Origin: a candidate division WOR-3 bacterium
GTDB taxonomy: Bacteria; Hydrothermota; Tepidihabitantia; SM23-42; JAOAFX01
Reading direction: 5' to 3'
NCBI GenBank assembly: GCA_037443805.1
Contig: JBBINQ010000009.1
Coordinates: 1,884-65,883 of the forward strand
Length of the DNA: 64,000 nucleotides
Shown here: positions 47,252 through 56,195 of the stretch, piece by piece
How the letters are laid out: each line of letters opens with the position of its first letter
Position numbering within the stretch: the stretch's first letter is position 1
The notes under the pieces: generated by a model
What the model was told of the DNA's origin: nothing
The model's database searches: none
Seen by the model: the letters and a program-made list of their open reading frames with translations, nothing else
Program-made: the position numbers and the translations under genes

Positions 47252-48321
47252 TATAAAAATCTTCCCTTTATATCCTGTGCTACAAATTTTAAAGAAGGAT
47301 ACATCTCAAGGGCAGTGTTGCGATATGCTTCTAAATCCTTTCCTACCGGGTCCGAGACCTCATTGTATTTGGTTCGTCTTTTATATTCTTTTAATAAAAA
47401 TGTCTTTATTGTTGCTTCTGGTGCAAGTTCCAGCACAGTTTCATAGTGTTTAAATTCCATTACCAGAACCAGGTCAGCATCATCCACCAGTTCTTTTGTA
47501 AGATATTTTGTCTTATGGTTGGATAATTCACCACCAAATTCCTTTGCTACAATCTGGGCGTTCTCGCTTGCAGGCAAGCCATCCATTGCTGCTGTGCCCG
47601 CTGATTTTATGGTAACAAGTTTTTCATCAAGCATGGTTTTTATAATGGCTTCAGCCATCGGGCTACGACAGGAATTGCCTGAACAAACAAACAGAAGATT
47701 GAATTTTAATGATGGAGCAAGTTTTATTCGTCTTCCATAAACTTTTTCAATTTCTAATATCGCCACCTTTCCTTTTCTTCGCACGATCGGAATTGTAGAT
47801 GTCAAATCCAATACCGTGGATGGTTTTCCTATTAATCGTCCTGCATCAATTATTAACTCAACCCAAGGAAATTTTTCGTCAATCTCCTGGGCACTTTCGA
47901 GCACTGGTTCGCCAGATAGATTGGCACTCGTTACGGCAATGGGCTTTTTATAATAGTCCAAGAAATTAATAATAAAATTTAAATCAGGTATTCTTACACC
48001 AATATTCTGTTCATTTACAGGCAGATGCGCCTCAGGATTTTTTTTTAAAATTACGGTGATTGGACCGGGGATAAAGTAATCTATGATTTTCTGCTTTGTA
48101 ACTATGGTATATTCCGGAAGTAAACTTTTGGCGATAAAAAAGGTAAAGGGCTTGCCATCCCTTTTTTTTAATTGTGCTAATTTTTCAAGTGCAGAAGAAT
48201 TAGTGCCATCAACTGCGAATCCATATATTGTATCTGTAGGCAGGCAAACGATTTCGCCTTTTTGAAGAACGCTGGTAATTTGTTCATAAATTTCTGGATT
48301 CTCTGAAATCTTTACAATCAT
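47251..48321 (-). CDS. Threonylcarbamoyl-AMP synthase (TsaC/Sua5) fused to a low-molecular-weight protein phosphatase
   Basis: PTDTIYG, PGPIT, TSANLSG, then FVCSGNSCRSPMAE and DPVG. Confidence 0.9.
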   Translation of the reverse strand: MIVKISENPEIYEQITSVLQKGEIVCLPTDTIYGFAVDGTNSSALEKLAQLKKRDGKPFTFFIAKSLLPEYTIVTKQKIIDYFIPGPITVILKKNPEAHLPVNEQNIGVRIPDLNFIINFLDYYKKPIAVTSANLSGEPVLESAQEIDEKFPWVELIIDAGRLIGKPSTVLDLTSTIPIVRRKGKVAILEIEKVYGRRIKLAPSLKFNLLFVCSGNSCRSPMAEAIIKTMLDEKLVTIKSAGTAAMDGLPASENAQIVAKEFGGELSNHKTKYLTKELVDDADLVLVMEFKHYETVLELAPEATIKTFLLKEYKRRTKYNEVSDPVGKDLEAYRNTALEMYPSLKFVAQDIKGRFL

Positions 48322-48332
48322 TGCTACTACTT

Positions 48333-49622
48333 CTATCTCACCTTCCTCTTCCGCTTCATCTTTTTCATTCCACCACTACCAATATCCTTGCGATAGAACA
48401 TACCATTGAAATGTATTTTTTTAATTTCTTCGTAAGCCTTCTGTTTTGCGATGCGTAAATTATCAGCGGTGCAAACAACATTGAGCACCCTACCACCAGC
48501 AGTAACAAGTCTACCATCTTCCATCTTTGTCCCGGCATGGAAAAGCAGAGTACCTGAATCCAGCGCCGATTTTATCTGAATCTCTTCGCCAATCTTATAA
48601 TCATAAGGATAACCTGCTGACACTAAAACTACACAGATTGACCAGAGATTTTTAATCTTCATCTGCAAATCCTGGAAATTATTTTCTATAACACTAAGGA
48701 ATAGGTCAACGATATCGTTTTCAATTAATGGTATGATTGCCTGGGTTTCAGGGTCACCAAAACGACAGTTAAATTCAAGTACCTTGGGACCCGATGCGGT
48801 TATTATTAAACCTCCGTAAAGAATCCCTTTATATGGGATGCCCATATCATGGAGGCAGAGAACTGTAGGTTGTATAATTACCTGTTGAATAATATTTGCC
48901 ACGCGTTTATTCGTGGGATAAGGCGCATAGGCACCCATACCGCCAGTATTAGGACCGCGATTCCGGTCATATAATCTTTTGTGGTCCTGCGCCGATGGTA
49001 AAAAGCTCACTCTTAGACCATCTGTTATTGCAAATACTGAACATTCCTGACCGCTCAAAAATTCTTCTACTACAATCTTTTTGCCTGCTTCTCCGAGTTT
49101 ATGCTGAACAAGCATCTCATCAATAATTCTCTCATATTCATTTTTATTATTCACAATAAAAACACCCTTGCCACTGGCAAGTCCGGCTGCTTTTACTACA
49201 ACCGGAAAAGTATTAATGGTTTTCAAATATTTAAGGGCCTGGGAAGCGCTGTCATAAATCTGAAATTTCGGTGCTGGAATACCAAATTGTGCCATAAACT
49301 CCCGGGCAAATGCTTTATCCGATTCAATTCTGCTTGCACCTTTTGTCGGTCCAAATATCTTCAACCCATTCTTACTAAATTCATCAACAATGCCCAGGGC
49401 AAGGGGCAATTCGGGTCCAACCACAGTAAGGTCAATATTCTTATCCCGGGCAAATCTAACAAGACCATTTATATCTGTAGGTAGTATGTTTACACAGGAG
49501 CCTATCTTTGAAATCCCGGGATTGCCAGGGGCAACATACAGATTTTTCACTTTTTTTGATTTATGGATTTTCCAGGCAAGGGCGTGCTCCCTGCCACCGC
49601 CACCAACCAATAAAATATTCAT
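48333..49622 (-). CDS. purD: Phosphoribosylamine--glycine ligase
   Basis: GGGGREHA, QDHKR, NTGGMG, EFNCRFGDPE. Confidence 0.97.
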   Translation of the reverse strand: MNILLVGGGGREHALAWKIHKSKKVKNLYVAPGNPGISKIGSCVNILPTDINGLVRFARDKNIDLTVVGPELPLALGIVDEFSKNGLKIFGPTKGASRIESDKAFAREFMAQFGIPAPKFQIYDSASQALKYLKTINTFPVVVKAAGLASGKGVFIVNNKNEYERIIDEMLVQHKLGEAGKKIVVEEFLSGQECSVFAITDGLRVSFLPSAQDHKRLYDRNRGPNTGGMGAYAPYPTNKRVANIIQQVIIQPTVLCLHDMGIPYKGILYGGLIITASGPKVLEFNCRFGDPETQAIIPLIENDIVDLFLSVIENNFQDLQMKIKNLWSICVVLVSAGYPYDYKIGEEIQIKSALDSGTLLFHAGTKMEDGRLVTAGGRVLNVVCTADNLRIAKQKAYEEIKKIHFNGMFYRKDIGSGGMKKMKRKRKVR

Positions 49623-49665
49623 ATATGTTCTCCTTTATCTTAAAAATAAATATTTATAATAAATT

Positions 49666-50406
49666 TCAAATCTTACGGCTGACAAACTGAACAATCTGTT
49701 TGAATTTCGCCGGAGATTCTTCAATAATACTACCCAGCACAATAAAATCAGCTCCTGCATTAATTATCTTCATAGCATCATCTTCTGTTCTAATACCACC
49801 ACCCACAATCACCGGAATAGAAATCTGTTTTTTTACTTCTCTAACCAGCATCGCCGGTACAGGCTCTTTTGCACCACTTCCTGCTTCAAGATAGATCGCC
49901 TTCATTCCCAGATATTCACCAGCAATGGCATGGGCAACCACAATCTCAGGTTTATTTCGGGGAATCGGCCGTGTATTTGAGATATACTCTACTGCGGTAA
50001 AATTATTTGACGAAATAAGAAGATACCCTACAGGGATAACTTCCAGACCATAGGATTTTATTAAAAAAACTGATTTGACATGCTCGCCAATCAAAAATTC
50101 AGGATTACGTCCACTTAAAAGTGAAAGAAAAAAAATCCCATCAGCAAACCTTGAGACCTGGTGCCAGGCTCCGGGAAAAAGGATTACCGGACAGGTAGCA
50201 TTCTCTTTGACTTTAGCAACAAAACCATCAAAATCTTCGGTCTTCAGGAGCGATGAGCCAATGAGAATTGCATTTACGCCACAATCAGATATAAATCTGG
50301 TAGTTCTTGAAATTTTTTCTTTAGCAATACGGTCAGGATCAAACAGGGCGATTATGCCTGGTCCGCAATGGGTCAATTGTTCCCAGATATTTTTTTTCGG
50401 CATCAT
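49666..50406 (-). CDS. Geranylgeranylglyceryl/heptaprenylglyceryl phosphate synthase (group II-like)
   Basis: DPD, LFPG, SLLSGRNPEFLIG, YLEAGSGA, VGGGIR. Confidence 0.9.
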   Translation of the reverse strand: MMPKKNIWEQLTHCGPGIIALFDPDRIAKEKISRTTRFISDCGVNAILIGSSLLKTEDFDGFVAKVKENATCPVILFPGAWHQVSRFADGIFFLSLLSGRNPEFLIGEHVKSVFLIKSYGLEVIPVGYLLISSNNFTAVEYISNTRPIPRNKPEIVVAHAIAGEYLGMKAIYLEAGSGAKEPVPAMLVREVKKQISIPVIVGGGIRTEDDAMKIINAGADFIVLGSIIEESPAKFKQIVQFVSRKI

Positions 50407-50410
50407 AAAG

Positions 50411-50494
50411 ATTATAATGCACTTAGAAAAAAAATCAAGTGTTATTTGAAACTCTGCATTTACCTATTGACAAAGTTCATTTTTTGATTATAAT
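50411..50494. promoter_or_regulatory. Divergent sigma70-type promoters
   Basis: Minus strand TTGATT-N16-TATAAT at 50438-50411; plus strand TTGACA-N16-TATAAT at 50467-50494. Confidence 0.7.
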
Positions 50495-50539
50495 GGATAA
50501 TATGATGAGGAGGTCGGATAACGCCCATTAAGATGTTGG

Positions 50540-51847
50540 ATGACCAGAAAAACCGAATTAATTATAAACATAGTTGGTGATTTAATAATTATTTTCTCCA
50601 TATTTTCTCTCAGCTGGCGAGCCGCAGGGCTAAACCTATCAATATTAAGCGAACATGCCATTATTGCCAATTTAGGTTTGCTGTTATTCTGGTTTTTCAT
50701 CTTTCGCTCTTTTGATCTGTATAAAACACGCTCCCGAATTCAGATTATGAATGAACTCTTTACTATGTTCAAAGCAATATTATTGGGGATGGCAATACTT
50801 CTATCATTCGCCTATATAATGAATATTGATTTCTTTAAGGCAAAAGGATTCTTACCTTCGTATGTTATTCTGTTTTCAACTCTGTTGCTCTGGCGATTTC
50901 TGTTCCGGGGTCTGGTTGGTGAATATGCAAAAAAACCTTTGCGCAATGTCATCGTATTCAAAAATGGCGAGAATGTTCCTGTTTATGAAGGTTTTTCTGC
51001 GGTGAAAGAAATAAAATTTTCTGAAATGACACCCAACCTTTCCAAACGGATCTTTAAAGAAAATAAAATCAGTGGTATAATCATTGATAGCAATGGACAT
51101 TCACATCAAGATATTCTTAATCTGATCTCTCAGTTTACTGAAACAAAATATGAAATCTATGTCTCACCAAAATTGTATTCACTGGTATATGATCATTTTC
51201 TTATTAAAAAAGTGCCGGATTCAAATCTTTTGCAGGTTATCTTCCACCCGCTCTCAGCCTGGGACCGTTTTCTTAAAAGGTTGACCGACATTGTGCTTGC
51301 ACTTTTTGCTTTAACAATCCTTTCTCCACTTATGGCGGCAATTGCTGTATTAATAAAAATTGACTCACCAGGTCCGATTTTTTATACGCAAAAAAGGATT
51401 GGTTTCCGCAATAAAAAATTCTCTTTGATTAAATTCCGTTCTATGGTGCAAGATGCAGAAAAATATACGGGTCCGGTCTGGGCAAAAAAGAATGATACAA
51501 GGATTACGCGCATGGGCAAACTTATGAGACCTTTCCGCCTTGATGAATTACCCCAGCTTTTTAATGTCCTTATGGGAGATATGAGTTTTGTTGGTCCAAG
51601 GCCTGAACGACCACATTTTGTATACAAATTTGTCTCAAATATTCCACTCTATTCATTAAGACATACTGTGCATCCGGGGATTACCGGGCTCGCCCAGGTG
51701 AAATATTCTTATGACCAGACAATTGAAGATGTAAAAAAGAAGTTAAATTATGACCTTGAATATATTAATAATATCTCATTACGGCTTGATTTGAAGATCT
51801 TTTTTAAAACTGCGCTAACCGTGCTTAAACGTCAGGGAGCCCATTAA
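50540..51847 (+). CDS. Polyprenyl-phosphate glycosyl-1-phosphate transferase (WcaJ/WbaP family)
   Basis: KRLTDI, KFRSM, RLDELPQL.NV..GDMS.VGPRPE, PGITGLAQV. Confidence 0.93.
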   Translation: MTRKTELIINIVGDLIIIFSIFSLSWRAAGLNLSILSEHAIIANLGLLLFWFFIFRSFDLYKTRSRIQIMNELFTMFKAILLGMAILLSFAYIMNIDFFKAKGFLPSYVILFSTLLLWRFLFRGLVGEYAKKPLRNVIVFKNGENVPVYEGFSAVKEIKFSEMTPNLSKRIFKENKISGIIIDSNGHSHQDILNLISQFTETKYEIYVSPKLYSLVYDHFLIKKVPDSNLLQVIFHPLSAWDRFLKRLTDIVLALFALTILSPLMAAIAVLIKIDSPGPIFYTQKRIGFRNKKFSLIKFRSMVQDAEKYTGPVWAKKNDTRITRMGKLMRPFRLDELPQLFNVLMGDMSFVGPRPERPHFVYKFVSNIPLYSLRHTVHPGITGLAQVKYSYDQTIEDVKKKLNYDLEYINNISLRLDLKIFFKTALTVLKRQGAH

Positions 51848-51890
51848 TTAATGATGTATTTCAAAATGAAATCAGAAGCGGAGCGGTAAA

Positions 51891-52529
51891 ATGATATTTT
51901 TATTATTAATTATTGGACAGAATCTACCCATTACCTGGTCACAGAGTTATTGCACATATGATGATGTATCGGTTCTGAATTCAGGCGAATATAGTATTGG
52001 TTTTGGAGTGGATAATTATTGTATCTACAGCGGCACAAATGATACAATTGCATATGATGAAAGAAGGTTTGATATCTGGGCAAGGACAGCGATTTTAAAA
52101 AATTTGGAATTTGAACTTAAATATTCATATCCCACTGCGGGAGTAATTTCAATAAAAAGGCATCTGTTTAAAAAATTTATAAGTAGTGCGCTCAAATTCG
52201 GATTTGGCTATATGAAGGGGACACGAGTCAATTATATTACAGATTATGTCTATGATTTTTATGGAACACTATTTTTAGAAAAAGAATTTTTTCCTGAATT
52301 GAAATTTTTGTATGCACCAAAAATTATCTTCTCAATGCATTATCGTGATAGGCAGGAACACACAACCCGACCACCCAGATACATCTCACATTTAGGCCAT
52401 TGTTTTGGTCTTTGTCTGGGCAGGAAATTTATCTTCCTGCCGGAAATAAACTGGCTCTGGGGGAATAACGAAGATACAGAATATATAGTGAACCAATTTG
52501 GTCTGGGAATAAATATTAAAATAGATTAA
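51891..52529 (+). CDS. Hypothetical exported protein, possibly a small beta-barrel
   Basis: Short signal peptide; aromatic alternating strands; ends QFGLGINIKID. Confidence 0.5.
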   Translation: MIFLLLIIGQNLPITWSQSYCTYDDVSVLNSGEYSIGFGVDNYCIYSGTNDTIAYDERRFDIWARTAILKNLEFELKYSYPTAGVISIKRHLFKKFISSALKFGFGYMKGTRVNYITDYVYDFYGTLFLEKEFFPELKFLYAPKIIFSMHYRDRQEHTTRPPRYISHLGHCFGLCLGRKFIFLPEINWLWGNNEDTEYIVNQFGLGINIKID

Positions 52530-52551
52530 CCGCAGTCCTTCCTTTCATCCC

Positions 52552-52579
52552 TTGACAATTTGTAAAATTTTATTATAAT
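52552..52579 (+). promoter_or_regulatory. sigma70-type promoter
   Basis: TTGACA-N16-TATAAT. Confidence 0.8.
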
Positions 52580-52677
52580 AATATATAGATTTATTAATCC
52601 AAGCTAAGCGAAAGGGGGTGGTCTTAAAAACAAAAAAATGGTACAGTAAAAATAAATAAACAAAAAGGAGGTAAAAA

Positions 52678-55428
52678 ATGATAGGTTTGGTCTCAATATT
52701 GATACTGGCGGTTTTGCCACCTGTTCCGGGCAAGATGACGCCTGAGCTGGTGGAGATACTCAATAACACTCCACCCAATGAAAAGATTTTTGTGATTGTC
52801 CATATGAATACTGAATATCCTTATGACCAGATTGCAAATATGACACCTCAACAGAAGTGTGATGTCTTTGAAATGGTAGCAAAGAATTCTCAAGCTCCAG
52901 TAGTGGAATATTTACGAACACTGCCAAAGGAAAAGGCTGAGTTAGGTGGTCAGTTCTGGATCTTCAATGGATTTCATCTGAAGGCAACTAAAGATGTTAT
53001 TGAGGAACTGGCAAGACGTGATGACATCTGGTTTATCTGTCATAATGGTATTATTCAGCTGGATGCCCGTCCTGGTGAGGAACCTGAGCCATTGGTCCCA
53101 GAATGGAACATTACAAAGATAATGGCAGAGTCCTGCTGGGCAGCAGGTTTTAATGGCGCGGGTATAATCATTGGTCATGTTGATACGGGTGTTGAAGTTA
53201 CACATCCGGCATTGGCTGGTAAATGGCTATCACCATACTGGTTAGATGGTGTGAGTGGGCAGTCTTCGCCTTATGATGATTATGGTCATGGTACACATAC
53301 GATGGGCACGATCTGCGGTGGTGATGGTCCTGGTTCATTTACAAATGATGTGGGGGTTGCTTATGGTGCCCAGTATATTCCGACCAAGGCATTTGATGCG
53401 AGTGGAAGTGGTCAGTATTCCTGGATTGATGCCTGTATGCAGTATTTAGCGAATTTGAAGCAGAGTGGTGTTGATATTCGGGTGATCGGTAATTCCTGGG
53501 GTGGTTCTGGCACGGACCAGCATTTCTGGGCTGCGGTTTTGAACTGGAAGAATCTTGGTATCTTTCCGGTTTTTTCAAATGGTAATAGTGGTCCTGGTTC
53601 AGGCACGGTCGGTGCGCCAGCGAGTTATCCATTGTCCTGTGGTGTTGGTGCCACTGATAATGGTGATAATATTGCGAGTTTTTCTTCTCGTGGTCCTGCA
53701 CCGAATCAGAGTCCCTGGAATGACCCTCAATACTGGTATTATTCTACCTGGAATCTATTAAAGCCTGATGTTTCAGCGCCTGGGGTGAATGTGCGTTCAT
53801 CTGTGCCAGGAGGCAGTTATGGCACAATGAGTGGTACATCAATGGCATCGCCCCATGTTACTGGAGGTACTGCGGTTCTATTGCAGAAAAATTCTAATCT
53901 TACTGTGACTGAGCTCTATGACCTTTTCAGGCTTTACTGTGACCAGCCTTCACAGGGGGCACCATATCCGAATAATAATTATGGCTGGGGTAGGATAAAT
54001 CTGTGGCATTCTTTACAAGCTGTGCCAACAGCCAACAGACCCAATGTCGTATTGAGCAGAACAAATATTGTGAATGATAATAATGGCAATGGCAAACTTG
54101 ACCCTGGCGAGAATGCGGGGATTGTGACCTATGTAAAGAACACAGGTGGAGTCCAGGCAACCAATGTTCAGGGTACATTGAGGACAACATCACCTTACAT
54201 CACTATCTCTGACTCTACTTATACCTATGGCACACTTGCCCCTAATGATAGTGCGAATAATGCCTCAGACCCCTATGATATAAGTGTCCATGCCTCAACA
54301 CCACCTGGCCATATGGCAAATTTCCAGCTTGTGCTTACTGCAGCAGAGACAACCTGGACAAGAACCTTCTCATACCAGGTTGGTGTTGCACCTGGAGAAA
54401 TCATCTGGGGTCCAAAATCACTACCCAACTTTCCAACGAGCCAGTTCATCTATGGAGTTGCCTATGATGGCATTGGTGATAGAATCTATGTCCTTGATTT
54501 CTATTCAACCTCTATTCGTTACTACTCTTCAGACAGTTTTGTAACATATTATGGTGCAATTACTGGTCCAGCAGATAGTGTCACTGATATCACCTATAGT
54601 CGGATTGGTGATGCCTTATATGTCTGTGCATTAAATCCCAAGACCGTCTGGAAAATAAACAAATCAACCGGTGCAATAATCCGTCAGTTTAATAATCCGG
54701 CAAATGACTATCCAGTAGGTCTGGCATATCGTGCACCAAATACAATGTGGTTTGCTGATAGAAGGTCGGCACTTGGTGGTACGCAGTTGATATATATTGG
54801 TGATACACTCGGCACTGCAACTCAATACAATAGTCCGGTCCAGGGATACTATAATACTCGCTGTCTTGCCTATGATAGTTTAGGCAATTCATATGTGAAT
54901 GTGCAGACCTGGTTCAATTCTGGTGGAACAGCCCTTGATAGTGTTGGTGTCGTAGAAATGCAGGGTCAACCACCAGTTGCTACAGGCAAAAGATTCCTTT
55001 TGAATCCAGGCTGGAATATCCGTGGTATTGAGGCTGACCCAAGGGATGGCAATTACTGGATAACGATTGTGCAGATCAGTGGAACTTATGTAAACCAGAT
55101 TGTAAAAGTCAAAGGTTTCTACACACCGCTCACACCTGTAGAGGAATCAGAAAAAGAGAATGTTGCGCAGTATAAACTGTTAAAAGTAGTGCCGAATCCA
55201 GCAAAGGGTCTTGTATTATTCCATATCAATCCTGATAATCTGAAGCACGATTACTTGAGTGTATACGATATCACTGGTAGATTAGTAGCAAAGGTTCAAT
55301 TTAATAAGGGAGACAGAATAATCCAGTGGAATCCAAGAAAAGATGGCGCACTCGCTGATGGTGTTTATTTTGTGAGTCTGGAAAAGGATGACGGTGTGAT
55401 TACCCAGAAGTTCATTCTGATGCGCTGA
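52678..55428 (+). CDS. Secreted S8 subtilisin-like protease with T9SS-type CTD
   Basis: VDTG, GHGTH and GTSMASP catalytic triad; VPNP...YDITGR...GVYF...KFILMR CTD. Confidence 0.93.
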   Translation: MIGLVSILILAVLPPVPGKMTPELVEILNNTPPNEKIFVIVHMNTEYPYDQIANMTPQQKCDVFEMVAKNSQAPVVEYLRTLPKEKAELGGQFWIFNGFHLKATKDVIEELARRDDIWFICHNGIIQLDARPGEEPEPLVPEWNITKIMAESCWAAGFNGAGIIIGHVDTGVEVTHPALAGKWLSPYWLDGVSGQSSPYDDYGHGTHTMGTICGGDGPGSFTNDVGVAYGAQYIPTKAFDASGSGQYSWIDACMQYLANLKQSGVDIRVIGNSWGGSGTDQHFWAAVLNWKNLGIFPVFSNGNSGPGSGTVGAPASYPLSCGVGATDNGDNIASFSSRGPAPNQSPWNDPQYWYYSTWNLLKPDVSAPGVNVRSSVPGGSYGTMSGTSMASPHVTGGTAVLLQKNSNLTVTELYDLFRLYCDQPSQGAPYPNNNYGWGRINLWHSLQAVPTANRPNVVLSRTNIVNDNNGNGKLDPGENAGIVTYVKNTGGVQATNVQGTLRTTSPYITISDSTYTYGTLAPNDSANNASDPYDISVHASTPPGHMANFQLVLTAAETTWTRTFSYQVGVAPGEIIWGPKSLPNFPTSQFIYGVAYDGIGDRIYVLDFYSTSIRYYSSDSFVTYYGAITGPADSVTDITYSRIGDALYVCALNPKTVWKINKSTGAIIRQFNNPANDYPVGLAYRAPNTMWFADRRSALGGTQLIYIGDTLGTATQYNSPVQGYYNTRCLAYDSLGNSYVNVQTWFNSGGTALDSVGVVEMQGQPPVATGKRFLLNPGWNIRGIEADPRDGNYWITIVQISGTYVNQIVKVKGFYTPLTPVEESEKENVAQYKLLKVVPNPAKGLVLFHINPDNLKHDYLSVYDITGRLVAKVQFNKGDRIIQWNPRKDGALADGVYFVSLEKDDGVITQKFILMR

Positions 55429-55441
55429 TTACAATAACCAC

Positions 55442-55474
55442 AAAGAGCCCCGGTTTTATACCGGGGCTCTTTTT
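55442..55474. terminator. Bidirectional intrinsic terminator
   Basis: AAAGAGCCCCGGT-TTTAT-ACCGGGGCTCTTTTT. Confidence 0.88.
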
Positions 55475-55480
55475 ATACAA

Positions 55481-56161
55481 TTATAATAAATTATGCTCGG
55501 AAAAAGAATAGAACCCTTCTTCGGCAATGATGATGTGGTCAATAATCCTGATTCCCATTAAGTCTCCAGCACTCTTTAATCGTTCAGTAATCTTTAAATC
55601 ATCTTCTGAAGGCTTTAAGATCCCACTTGGATGATTGTGTATCAAAAATAATCCACCCGCATTCTCAATAATCGCAAATTTGAAGACCTCTCGTGGATGG
55701 GTCAAACTTGCATCAAGAAGACCTTTTGAGATTGTAGTATCCTTAATCAATGCATTCTTGGCATCAACTGCCGCAACTTTGAATAGTTCCTGTTTTAGAT
55801 TACCAATCAGCGGTGCATAATAATCATAAAGGTCACGAGGTCTTGTAAATTTGATTATCCTCTCCTGTTTTTTTGAGTATGAACGTCTGCCTAATTCCAG
55901 TGCAGAAAGAATAGTAATTATCTTTGCCCGACCCAATCCTGGAATCTCTAAATTTTCAATCTCTTTTGCAGATTTTTCTGCAAGTTTTTTCAAACTGCCC
56001 ACCCGACTCAAAATCTCCTGAGCCAGGTCCAATGCTGAACGATTCTTCACACCTTTACCAATAATGATCGCCAGCAATTCAATATCACTCAATACATAAC
56101 TTCCCTGCTCATAAAATCTTTCCCTGGGACGCTCTGATTCAGGCCAATCTTTGATCTTCAT
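55481..56161 (-). CDS. radC: RadC/JAB domain protein
   Basis: ERPRER, ELLAI, HPREVF, HNHPSG...PS..D, DHIII. Confidence 0.95.
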   Translation of the reverse strand: MKIKDWPESERPRERFYEQGSYVLSDIELLAIIIGKGVKNRSALDLAQEILSRVGSLKKLAEKSAKEIENLEIPGLGRAKIITILSALELGRRSYSKKQERIIKFTRPRDLYDYYAPLIGNLKQELFKVAAVDAKNALIKDTTISKGLLDASLTHPREVFKFAIIENAGGLFLIHNHPSGILKPSEDDLKITERLKSAGDLMGIRIIDHIIIAEEGFYSFSEHNLL

Positions 56162-56195
56162 TACCTTACCTGTTCAACAGTTCATTATGATTGAG

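Noticed and set aside
55481-56161. radC as a mobile-element marker
   Set aside because: It is the full-length chromosomal type with the N-terminal domain, and no integrase or att sites are nearby
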